64,000 bases of DNA from Patescibacteria group bacterium (GTDB lineage Bacteria; Patescibacteriota; Microgenomatia; UBA8517). Made by a program: the position numbers and the translations under genes. The stretch is from assembly GCA_041742135.1 (NCBI GenBank), contig JBGSJG010000004.1:235773-299772 (forward strand). The letters run 5' to 3'. Positions 56,146 to 64,000 of this stretch are shown piece after piece. The notes beneath the pieces are model-generated. The model saw nothing but the letters and a program-made list of their open reading frames with translations, ran no database searches and was not told the origin of the DNA. The stretch's first letter is position 1. Each line of letters begins with the position of its first letter.

Positions 56146-56913
56146 ATGGTTAACGTTGATCTAGAAAAACTACTCGAAGCTGGTGCTCATTTTGGCCATC
56201 AAACAAAAAGATGGAATCCAAAGATGAGCGAATTTATCTATGGCGTCAAAGACGGTGTAAGTATTTTTGATTTAATTAAAACCAAAGCATATCTCGAGGA
56301 AGCTTTGAAAGTGCTGTCCGAGGCCGCAGCCAACAAAAAGTTGATTTTGTTTTTGGGAACCAAGCGCCAAGTTCAAGACAAGCTTATCGAAGTTGCTTCC
56401 GCGGTTGGTGCTCCTTATGTCTCTATGCGTTGGCTTGGGGGAACTCTTACCAACTTTGATCAAATCAAAAAATCAGTCAGAAATTTAAACGAATCCAAAA
56501 GAGCCCGTGAAGCTGGTGAATATCGAGAATATACCAAGAAAGAAAGACTTCTTATTGACCGCGATATCGACAAACTTGAGCAAACGGTTGGAGGATTAAA
56601 TAATTTGGATCGCATTCCCGATCTTATGTTTATTATTGATACCCACAAAGAGCAAAGCGCCGTGGCTGAAGCTAAGAGAATGGGCGTGACCATCATGGGT
56701 GTGGTTGACTCAAATGCAGACCCAAGCGATATCGATTATCCAATTCCAATGAACGATGACGCTGCGGCATCGCTGGAATATTTACTGGATCTGGTGCATG
56801 AGGCAATGACTCAAAAACCCGAAGTTGATAAGAAGGCTAAAGTAGAAAAGAAAGCAAAAGTCGAAAAAAAAGTTAAAAAAGAAGCAGCACCTAAAAAGGC
56901 AAAGAAAAAATAA
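56146..56913 (+). CDS. rpsB: 30S ribosomal protein S2 with a Lys-rich C-terminal tail
   Basis: [19 protein letters not shown]. Confidence 0.9.
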   Translation: MVNVDLEKLLEAGAHFGHQTKRWNPKMSEFIYGVKDGVSIFDLIKTKAYLEEALKVLSEAAANKKLILFLGTKRQVQDKLIEVASAVGAPYVSMRWLGGTLTNFDQIKKSVRNLNESKRAREAGEYREYTKKERLLIDRDIDKLEQTVGGLNNLDRIPDLMFIIDTHKEQSAVAEAKRMGVTIMGVVDSNADPSDIDYPIPMNDDAAASLEYLLDLVHEAMTQKPEVDKKAKVEKKAKVEKKVKKEAAPKKAKKK

Positions 56914-56914
56914 T

Positions 56915-57376
56915 ATGGCCAAAGTTACAGCACAATTAATTCGTGAAGTTAAAGATGAAACGGGAGCTCCTATGCTTCGTGCCAAAAAAGTTCTGGATGA
57001 GTTTAATGGAGACCGAGATAAAGCTATTGAGGTTCTTAAAAAAGAAGGTTTTGAGAAAATGGCTAAAAGAGCCGATCGCGAAACGGCAAATGGTATTGTA
57101 GTAACTTACGCTCATCACACAGGGAAAGTCGGAAGCTTGGTTGAGCTTTTGTGCGAGACTGATTTCGTGGCTAGAAACGAGCTTTTTGTCGAGCTGGCCA
57201 AAAGCATTGCAATGCAAGTGGCTTCAATGAACCCAACTGATGCCGAAGAACTTTTGGCACAGGAATTTATCAAAGAACCAAGCAAAACAATTAAAGACTT
57301 GATCGCCGAGGTTACTTCTAAAACCGGCGAGAATATCCGCCTTGGCAAATTCAGCCGTCTTGAAGTAGGTAAATGA
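56915..57376 (+). CDS. tsf: Elongation factor Ts (short form, about 150 aa)
   Basis: MAKVTAQLIREVKDETGAPMLRAKKVL. Confidence 0.85.
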   Translation: MAKVTAQLIREVKDETGAPMLRAKKVLDEFNGDRDKAIEVLKKEGFEKMAKRADRETANGIVVTYAHHTGKVGSLVELLCETDFVARNELFVELAKSIAMQVASMNPTDAEELLAQEFIKEPSKTIKDLIAEVTSKTGENIRLGKFSRLEVGK

Positions 57377-57424
57377 CATTTGTCATCCTGAGCGAAGTCG
57401 AAGGATCTTTGATATAATAACTTC

Positions 57425-57976
57425 ATGGACGAGCGCGTCAGAACCCAAATGGACGAAGTGCTTCGAGTACTTGCGACTGGTTTGGCACAAATTAGAACAG
57501 GCCGAGCCATGCCTTCTTTGGTCGAGAATATTATTGTCTCAGCTTATGGTGGAGCCCAACGCCTTAAAGTTTTGGAGCTGGCTACAATATCAGCACCAGA
57601 TACACAAACACTTACAATCGACCCTTGGGACAAAAGCGTGATTGGTGAAATCAAAAAAGCAATTGAGGCAGCCAACGTGGGAATGAACCCCAATATCGAC
57701 GGCGAAATTATCCGAATTACGATGCCCCCAATGACTGCAGAAGACCGCGAAAAATACGTGAAGCTTTTGGGTACCAAACTTGAAGCCGCGAAAGTGTCTG
57801 TGAGGCAGGTTCGAGGAGATGCCATGAAGGAGATTAAAACTCGCTTTGAGGACAAAGTAATTACTGAAGATGAAAAGTTCAGTGAAGAAAAACGCCTTCA
57901 AGAGTTGACTGATGAATATATCGTAAAAATTGACGAGCGCGGAAAAATTAAAGAAACTGAACTTAGAACTCTCTAG
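57425..57976 (+). CDS. frr: Ribosome recycling factor
   Basis: RTGRAMPSLVENIIVSAYG. Confidence 0.9.
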   Translation: MDERVRTQMDEVLRVLATGLAQIRTGRAMPSLVENIIVSAYGGAQRLKVLELATISAPDTQTLTIDPWDKSVIGEIKKAIEAANVGMNPNIDGEIIRITMPPMTAEDREKYVKLLGTKLEAAKVSVRQVRGDAMKEIKTRFEDKVITEDEKFSEEKRLQELTDEYIVKIDERGKIKETELRTL

Positions 57977-59086
57977 ATGCATCCAATAATTCTTATTATC
58001 CTTGCTGTTTTAGTGCTGTCACTTTTGGTGGTGGTTCACGAGTTCGGCCACTACATGGCCGCGCGCATAATTGGCGTGTGGGTTGAAGAATTCGGAGTTG
58101 GCCTTCCTCCTCGTGCTTGGGGCAAAAAGATAGGCGAGACTATTTATTCAATCAACTGGCTTCCGTTGGGTGGATTTGTACGTCTTCATGGGGAAACTCC
58201 CGATTCAAAGATTAGTATTCCCAAGCGCGCTTTTGTAAACCAGAGTAAGTTAAAGCGGGCCTTTGTTGCTATGGCCGGGATATTCATGAACTTTTGGTTT
58301 GCATGGGTTTGTTTTAGCTTGATGTTTGTTCTTTCTGGTATTCCACGAGGAATTTCAGTTGTGGAAGTGGAAGAAGGCTCTCCGGCTGAGCTGTCAGGAG
58401 TAATGGCAGGAGATGTGATTAATTCAATGAATAACTTGGAGATTGTGGGAACAGAAGAGTTTTTACTTGGGATTAGAAAAAATTTGGGCCAAGAGGTGAC
58501 GTTCGGAGCGACACGGGATGGAGCGGAATTGTCGTATAACATTAACGTTCGAAGTGAGGTCGCCGAGGGGCAGGGCTTTACTGGTATTACTTATGACATA
58601 AGGCCTGCTGCAATTGAACGGCCGGGAATGATCATCGCTCCCGTAAAGTATGCATATTACGGAGGCCGTGAGACAGTTAAGTGGACCAAGTTTACTGTTG
58701 AGGCATTGGGAACACTGTTTAGCTCTCTTGGGAAGGGCCAAGTGCCAGAAGGCTTGACTGGGCCTTTTGGAGTAACTCTTACAATAGCTGAAGTTATTAA
58801 ATACGGCATTGTCGCGGTCTTAAGCTTCGCAGGCATAATTTCTGTTAATTTGGCTTTGGTAAATGTGATCCCGTTTCCTCCGCTTGATGGCTCACGAGTA
58901 TTATTTTTGGGCATTGAAAGCCTCATCGGAAAAAAGAAACTCGAAAAAATTGAGCCCAAAATCCTAACTGGTGGAATGGTCTTCTTGCTTATTTTGATTG
59001 GACTGCTTACACTATCGGAAATTCCTAAATTAATCCAAGCCGGGTCAATTTCAGGATTTGTAGATTCGCTTCTGCCACAGGAATAA
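57977..59086 (+). CDS. rseP: RIP metalloprotease RseP (M50 with a PDZ domain)
   Basis: HEFGHYMAARIIGV, the PDZ stretch and a C-terminal LDG motif. Confidence 0.8.
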   Translation: MHPIILIILAVLVLSLLVVVHEFGHYMAARIIGVWVEEFGVGLPPRAWGKKIGETIYSINWLPLGGFVRLHGETPDSKISIPKRAFVNQSKLKRAFVAMAGIFMNFWFAWVCFSLMFVLSGIPRGISVVEVEEGSPAELSGVMAGDVINSMNNLEIVGTEEFLLGIRKNLGQEVTFGATRDGAELSYNINVRSEVAEGQGFTGITYDIRPAAIERPGMIIAPVKYAYYGGRETVKWTKFTVEALGTLFSSLGKGQVPEGLTGPFGVTLTIAEVIKYGIVAVLSFAGIISVNLALVNVIPFPPLDGSRVLFLGIESLIGKKKLEKIEPKILTGGMVFLLILIGLLTLSEIPKLIQAGSISGFVDSLLPQE

Positions 59087-59091
59087 TTGTT

Positions 59092-59577
59092 ATGAGAATC
59101 GAAGCCATTGATCAAGGATTTAATTTAAGGCTGTTGCCCCAACAATTGGGTGATCCAGAAGTGGTGGCTGCTAATGTTGCCATTCGAAGGGATTTGAGAA
59201 CTAAGATGAGCGCCTTACACGATGCTGCCATACGTAGAGAGTCAGATAAGGCACACCTTCAAGCATTTCTTGCGAGAGCCGAGTCGCTTGGTCTGCCCAG
59301 TGAAATTAACCCAGAACTTCTATATGCAATGAACTTTGCCTATGCAACCGCAGTTTACGCTGTGGAGTCACTATTGGCAGAGACGCGCAAAGCTCGCAGC
59401 AATGATTATGAATACCAAATTCATCGAGATATGGCCGATAGAGCACGCCTAAATTTCCAAGAATACCATGATAATAGTACACTTTCTGAGGAGCGAAGGG
59501 CTGAGCTTGCTGCGATTGTAAATGATCACGATTTTGCCGTGACAGTGATACAGGTGTTTGAAGAACGTCGTGGCTAA
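59092..59577 (+). CDS. Hypothetical protein
   Basis: 161 aa. Confidence 0.4.
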   Translation: MRIEAIDQGFNLRLLPQQLGDPEVVAANVAIRRDLRTKMSALHDAAIRRESDKAHLQAFLARAESLGLPSEINPELLYAMNFAYATAVYAVESLLAETRKARSNDYEYQIHRDMADRARLNFQEYHDNSTLSEERRAELAAIVNDHDFAVTVIQVFEERRG

Positions 59578-60256
59578 TACAGAACTTGATTCAATTCAGA
59601 GGATGGCGGTTGATTATGCCCATGACTCGATTTCGACTGGCTATGGGAATCTTTCGACTATTCGTCCTCCAGATAGAGATAAGCATCCGGGTGCAATAAT
59701 CTCCGACATGCTTCCGCACGATGGAATTACAACACCTTTTGAGTTCAAGAGGCTGGCAGTTTGGCATGCACACTTATTGCGCGTATCCTCATATGCAGTT
59801 GGGATTCAAAGTGATTTTGTAGATAGCCGCGCTGAGGGTGATTATTCTGATTTTTTGAATGAAGCACCGGCAGATTTCCGAGCACTCTGTAAGTCTCCGG
59901 CCGGGCAAACATATGCTTTTAGTTACGTAAGGTTCGTTTCCAGTAAAACATATTATGAAACTTTAGCGAATTACGCGAAATATGCGCGATTTACACTTGA
60001 CTGGAAGGGGATTGATAAAGGAATCGCGATTGGTAAATACGTTGATCTTTTGGCAAGTGAGTTTTTGAGTTTTGAGGAAAGATTGTTAAGCACTGATAGT
60101 TTGGACGTATTTCTAATGTCGAGGATTAAAGAGGCTGCCGATGCAGCCATTGCAGGTTTTGTTCGCCAGGACCTCTTACTTAGCGAGGAAGAATTTGGAC
60201 TTAAGTATGCATATTTGGCGAGAACAAGTGGTGATGTGGGCGAAAACGATGGATGA
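59558..60256 (+). CDS. Hypothetical protein
   Basis: 232 aa, overlapping the upstream ORF by 20 nt. Confidence 0.4.
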   Translation: MKNVVANTELDSIQRMAVDYAHDSISTGYGNLSTIRPPDRDKHPGAIISDMLPHDGITTPFEFKRLAVWHAHLLRVSSYAVGIQSDFVDSRAEGDYSDFLNEAPADFRALCKSPAGQTYAFSYVRFVSSKTYYETLANYAKYARFTLDWKGIDKGIAIGKYVDLLASEFLSFEERLLSTDSLDVFLMSRIKEAADAAIAGFVRQDLLLSEEEFGLKYAYLARTSGDVGENDG

Positions 60257-60294
60257 TTGCCGCGCGAGGCGTAAACTGCTAAAATTGCCTCAGC

Positions 60295-61527
60295 GTGAAA
60301 CAATCACAGCTTCTTATTAAAACCCTAAATCAGCCTCCCAAGGACGCGGAGACTGTGAATCATAAATTATTGGTTCAGGCGGGGTATGTGCGGCAAGTTA
60401 TGGCTGGGGTTTACACTTATTTACCTCTTGGCCTTCGGGTTCTTCGAAATATCTCAAATATTATTCGCGAGGAAATGGACGGACTGGGAAGCCAAGAAAT
60501 CCTCATGCCGCTTTTGCACCCTGCGGCGCTGTGGAAACAAACCGGCGGTTGGGACGGCATTGACGTGCTGTTTAAGATAAAAAGTAGGACAGACAAGGAC
60601 TATGCCCTTGCTCAAAGCAACGAAGAAACAGTAACTCCTTTGATCCGCGAGATGGTCAATAGCTACAAAGATTTGCCAATTTCGGTTTATCACATTAATG
60701 CAAAGTTTCGAGATGAACTTCGTGCCAAGTCTGGGATCTTGCGTGGCCGAGAGTTTTTAATGAAAGATTTGTACAGCTTTCATGCAACTCAGGAAGATTT
60801 TGATGATTATTACCAAAAGGTAAAACAGGCTTACATTAGAATTTTTAAGCGCTGTGGGTTAAGCGCAAAAGTAACTGAGGCTAGTGGGGGAAGCTTCAGT
60901 GAAAAAATATCTTACGAATTTGAAGTTTTGACTGATGCTGGGGAGGCCAATATTTTATACTGCGATGCTTGCGACTGGTGTGTGAATGTAGACGACATAG
61001 CCAAATACCACGAAGGTGAAGAGTGCCCCGCATGCCACAAATCAAAGCTCTTGGCTTCACTTGCCAGTGAGGTGGGAAATGTGTTTGATTTGGGCCAAAA
61101 ATATACCAAGGCATTTGACTTAACTTTCATTGATCAAGACGGGGAAAAGAAATTTCCAATCATGGGGTGCTATGGGATCGGCATATCCCGTACGATGGGA
61201 GTAATCGTTGAGAAATTCCACGATGAGCGTGGAATAATCTGGCCAACAGAATTGGCTCCTTTTGATGTTCATCTTATTGAACTGCCCGGTGCTAAAAATG
61301 CCGAAGAGGTTTACGAGAAGTTGACCAAGGCAGGAATTGAGGTCTTGTGGGATGAGCGTAACGCTCCTGCTGGAGCTAAGTTTGCCGATGCAGATTTGAT
61401 TGGCATTCCAGTGCGCTTGGTTATTTCTGAAAAAACTGGGAACAAGATTGAGTTTAAGAAAAGAGATAGCGAGAAAGCTGAACTTTTGGATTTTGATGAG
61501 GTTCTTGGGAAAATAAATAATGAGTGA
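60295..61527 (+). CDS. proS: Prolyl-tRNA synthetase (bacterial type without the INS editing domain)
   Basis: The N-terminus LLIKTLNQPPKDAETVNHKLLVQAGYVRQVMAGVYTYLPLGLRVL aligns to ProRS class II motifs. There is a zinc cluster CDACDWC...CPACHK. Confidence 0.85.
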   Translation: MKQSQLLIKTLNQPPKDAETVNHKLLVQAGYVRQVMAGVYTYLPLGLRVLRNISNIIREEMDGLGSQEILMPLLHPAALWKQTGGWDGIDVLFKIKSRTDKDYALAQSNEETVTPLIREMVNSYKDLPISVYHINAKFRDELRAKSGILRGREFLMKDLYSFHATQEDFDDYYQKVKQAYIRIFKRCGLSAKVTEASGGSFSEKISYEFEVLTDAGEANILYCDACDWCVNVDDIAKYHEGEECPACHKSKLLASLASEVGNVFDLGQKYTKAFDLTFIDQDGEKKFPIMGCYGIGISRTMGVIVEKFHDERGIIWPTELAPFDVHLIELPGAKNAEEVYEKLTKAGIEVLWDERNAPAGAKFADADLIGIPVRLVISEKTGNKIEFKKRDSEKAELLDFDEVLGKINNE

Positions 61528-61831
61528 ACCCGGAGACTGGAACGAACCAAGAGGCCGTGTTGAAGCACCAATTGATGTTAGATTCGTAGGTGATCCCGGT
61601 AAACCTAAAGGGCTGAGCGCACAATCCGTTGATTTGTCTACCCAAACGGTACCAGCTGTGCCAAAAGAAGAACACAGCGAGAGGGCCGGAGACCCCAATT
61701 TTGAAGTATCTGAGAACCCACTAATAAGTGTACCGATGGTGCCACAAACCGGCAGAGCACCTGCCCGGCATGCAACCCAAGGAGACATTGACTTTACACA
61801 TCCAGACTACCGTGACGAGGGCGGTTTTTGA
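61520..61831 (+). CDS. Hypothetical small protein
   Basis: 103 aa. Confidence 0.3.
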   Translation: MSEPGDWNEPRGRVEAPIDVRFVGDPGKPKGLSAQSVDLSTQTVPAVPKEEHSERAGDPNFEVSENPLISVPMVPQTGRAPARHATQGDIDFTHPDYRDEGGF

Positions 61832-61855
61832 GCAATTCTGCTACAATATACTTCG

Positions 61856-62845
61856 ATGCACTCCAAAAGAGTTGTAGTCATAGGAGGGGGAACAGGAACA
61901 TATACTGTTTTAAGTGGGCTTAAGAAATACCCTCTGGATTTGTCTGTAATTGTCTCCATGATGGACTCAGGTGGCAGTAATCGCGTGCTTCGTGATGAAT
62001 TTGGAATACTTCCCACCTCGGATTTGCGGCAGTGCATAGTTGCCTTGGCAGGCAAAAACGCTAACGGCATAATCCGTAATTTGTTCACATATCGCTATAC
62101 CAAAGGTGTTGGGATTGAAGGCATGACTTTTGGCAACCTTTTCATGGCAGCTTTGGCGGATATTTATGGAAGCCAAGAGCGGGCTATTGAAAAAACGTGC
62201 GAGCTTTTGGAAGTCACTGGCAAAATTATCCCAGTCACTTTTGACGATGCGCATTTGATTGCAACTTACGACAACGGAACACGAGTCCTCGGTGAGCATT
62301 ATATTGACGAGCCTGATGATAAAAATGCCAAAAGGCGGATAGTTGAGCTTTCTATTATTCCTGACGCAAGAGCCACCAAAAGTGCCGTGAATGCGATATC
62401 GTCAGCTGATTTAATCGTGATTGGTCCGGGGGATTTATACACAAGCGTCATTTGTAATTTTGTGGTGAGCGGCATAGCTCACGCTATTAAAAAATCAAAG
62501 GCCAAGAAAGTCTATGTTATGAACCTTATGACTAAAACTGGCCAAACATACGGCTTTTCTGCGAACGATCATATCCGTGAAATTGAAAAATATATTGGTG
62601 AGGGCGTCTTGGATTATGTGATCGTTGATAGTACTAACAAACTGCCTAGCGGAACTTTAAAGAGATATAAAGAAGCCAAGACCTCAAGAGTTGTGGATGA
62701 CTTAGCAAATACAAAAATAAAAGTAATCAGAAAGAGTTTGTTATCCAAAAATGTTTACGAGAAGTCCAAAAGTGACAAACTGATTCGTAGCTTGATTCGT
62801 CACGATTCAAATAAACTCGCCCACGCGATTGTGGATTTACTTTAA
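61856..62845 (+). CDS. YvcK/CofD-family gluconeogenesis factor (UPF0052)
   Basis: VVVIGGGTGTYTVLSGLK...VIVSMMDSGGS. Confidence 0.8.
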   Translation: MHSKRVVVIGGGTGTYTVLSGLKKYPLDLSVIVSMMDSGGSNRVLRDEFGILPTSDLRQCIVALAGKNANGIIRNLFTYRYTKGVGIEGMTFGNLFMAALADIYGSQERAIEKTCELLEVTGKIIPVTFDDAHLIATYDNGTRVLGEHYIDEPDDKNAKRRIVELSIIPDARATKSAVNAISSADLIVIGPGDLYTSVICNFVVSGIAHAIKKSKAKKVYVMNLMTKTGQTYGFSANDHIREIEKYIGEGVLDYVIVDSTNKLPSGTLKRYKEAKTSRVVDDLANTKIKVIRKSLLSKNVYEKSKSDKLIRSLIRHDSNKLAHAIVDLL

Positions 62846-62857
62846 ACTGACTATACT

Positions 62858-63199
62858 ATGCCCATGAGTGATTGTATTTTTTGCAAAATTGCCAAGAAAG
62901 AATCTCCGGCTTCAATAGAAGCTGAGACTGATAGTGTTATCGCTTTTGCAAATATTAATCCAGTTTCAGAGACGCATATATTAATAATTCCCAAAAAGCA
63001 CGTAGAAACCTTTTTGGATTTGGATGATTTGCTGCTTGAGATGAAAAGTGTAGCTGACGGATTAATCAAGTCTAACGGCATAGAAAGCGCATACAAACTA
63101 GTTTTTAATGGCGGGAAATATCAAGCAGTTCCTCATGCTCATTGGCATCTTTTAGGTGGAAAACTTGAAGATAACGAAGATGTATTAAACAAATTATGA
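62858..63199 (+). CDS. HIT-family hydrolase
   Basis: CIFCKI...HAHWHLLGG is the histidine triad. Confidence 0.8.
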   Translation: MPMSDCIFCKIAKKESPASIEAETDSVIAFANINPVSETHILIIPKKHVETFLDLDDLLLEMKSVADGLIKSNGIESAYKLVFNGGKYQAVPHAHWHLLGGKLEDNEDVLNKL

Positions 63200-63642
63200 T
63201 ATCGACCAATATGTCGCAACTAATTGCCGAAGCCATGAAGGCGCGGGATGTGGTGCGTTTGTCTACGCTTCGCATGCTTTCTTCTGAATTTAACTATGCA
63301 AAAATTGAGAAGCAACACGACTTGACCGAAGAAGAGGAGATGGTGGTAATTCAGAAAGAAGCCAAAAAGCGTCGTGAATCAATCGAAGCTTATGGCAAGG
63401 CTGGAAGAGCTGACTTGGTCGACTCCGAGACTGCGGAGCTTAAAATATTAGAAGAATTTTTGCCAACGCAAATTAGTGATGAGGAATTGGAAAAAATTAT
63501 CGCTGATGCAATTACCCAAACTTCGGCTAACACCATGGCTGATATGGGCAAGGTAATTGGGATTGTGATGCAAAAAACGAAAGGGACCGCAGATGGCGGC
63601 AAAGTTGCTTCAAAGGTCCGGGAGAAACTCGGGAATGGTTAA
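63196..63642 (+). CDS. GatB/YqeY-domain protein
   Basis: LIAEAMKARDVVRLSTLRMLSSEF. Confidence 0.7.
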   Translation: MISTNMSQLIAEAMKARDVVRLSTLRMLSSEFNYAKIEKQHDLTEEEEMVVIQKEAKKRRESIEAYGKAGRADLVDSETAELKILEEFLPTQISDEELEKIIADAITQTSANTMADMGKVIGIVMQKTKGTADGGKVASKVREKLGNG

Positions 63643-64000
63643 AGTATCAATCAACAAACCAGATAATTACGTTGTTTCAAATTTGAAAGTAAAGCAGGTG
63701 CTGTCTAACGCTCTTCGTGAAGGCGGAATTACATCAGATTGTTCTGTAAGCGTTGCTTTTGTGGGGGAGCAGCAAATGGAGGAATTGGTGGATAAGTACT
63801 ACAAAGGAGATCCTCAAAAAAAATATGTTCATCCAATTTTAACTTTCCCCTCACTTGAAACAAAAGGGAAATTTGTATTACCAAAAGGGCAAAGCGCCGA
63901 GCTTGGAGAGATTATCATAAGCTATCCCGAAGCTATTAGATTTGCCCGTGAATCTGGGGAGACAGTCGAGAAGCGAATCTTGTTTTTGCTGCAGCATGGA
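63635..64000 (+). CDS. ybeY: Endoribonuclease YbeY; 3'-truncated by the window edge
   Basis: VSVAFVGEQQMEELVDKYYKGDPQKKYVHPILTFP...LGEIIISYPEA...LLQHG aligns to the YbeY N-terminus and central region. Confidence 0.6.
   Translation, partial: MVKVSINKPDNYVVSNLKVKQVLSNALREGGITSDCSVSVAFVGEQQMEELVDKYYKGDPQKKYVHPILTFPSLETKGKFVLPKGQSAELGEIIISYPEAIRFARESGETVEKRILFLLQHG

Noticed and set aside
1-64000. CRISPR arrays, transposases, integrases, phage structural genes
   Set aside because: I found no array of regularly spaced direct repeats and no transposase, integrase or phage structural family by motif inspection. The only mobility-related signals are the lone Xis-type HTH and the tRNA-Tyr repeat scar.

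Overview
This 64-kb window is chromosomal sequence from a low-GC bacterium (roughly 43-47 % GC). The gene content looks like a small-genome uncultivated lineage (Patescibacteria/CPR-like). That placement is an inference from three things: a short EF-Ts, rpsB-tsf-frr with no pyrH, and ThyX-based thymidylate synthesis. The lineage assignment cannot be confirmed from this window alone.

I count about 85 protein-coding genes, 4 tRNAs (Trp-CCA, Thr-GGT, Tyr-GTA, Thr-TGT), no rRNA, no CRISPR array and no transposase or integrase.

The recognisable core is:
- two MreB paralogues, one of them next to PBP2 and DprA;
- topA;
- a translationally coupled dcd-thyX-tdk-tmk-glyA operon followed by folD;
- rpsB-tsf-frr-rseP;
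- proS, YvcK, HIT, YqeY and ybeY;
- the secE-nusG-rplK-rplA-rplJ-rplL block;
- rpmG, rpmB, rpsU, rnhB, def-fmt, queA and gmd.

Accessory or unusual content, in window order:
- A divergently organised isoprenoid/carotenoid cluster at 1.9-9.6 kb. It holds a UbiA prenyltransferase, type-2 IDI, a GGPP-synthase-like polyprenyl synthetase, crtI, crtB, a fused two-repeat lycopene-cyclase-domain protein, a NUDIX hydrolase and a UppS with a long C-terminal extension. This is the strongest candidate for something novel in this kind of genome.
- A roughly 3-kb open reading frame made of about twelve 55-aa repeats. It ends in a partial FtsX-permease domain and is interrupted by a single-G frameshift.
- A five-gene plus-strand operon: a 7TM membrane protein, a RimK-related ATP-grasp fused to a retropepsin-like 'Zn-protease' domain, a second RimK-like ATP-grasp, a SAM methyltransferase and a hypothetical protein. 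This is a predicted peptide-modification system.
- A 33 %-GC membrane-protein gene inserted between rplA and rplJ, and an acidic protein of unknown function between nusG and rplK.
- A 31-codon pseudo-copy of the rnhB 5' end.
- A 21-bp duplicate of the tRNA-Tyr 3' end.
- A 270-nt hairpin-rich, ORF-free segment next to the tRNA pair.
- Several genes whose ATG lies 5-9 nt downstream of an extended -10 element, a leaderless-mRNA signature.

All calls rest on reading the supplied ORF translations and DNA directly. No database search was possible.
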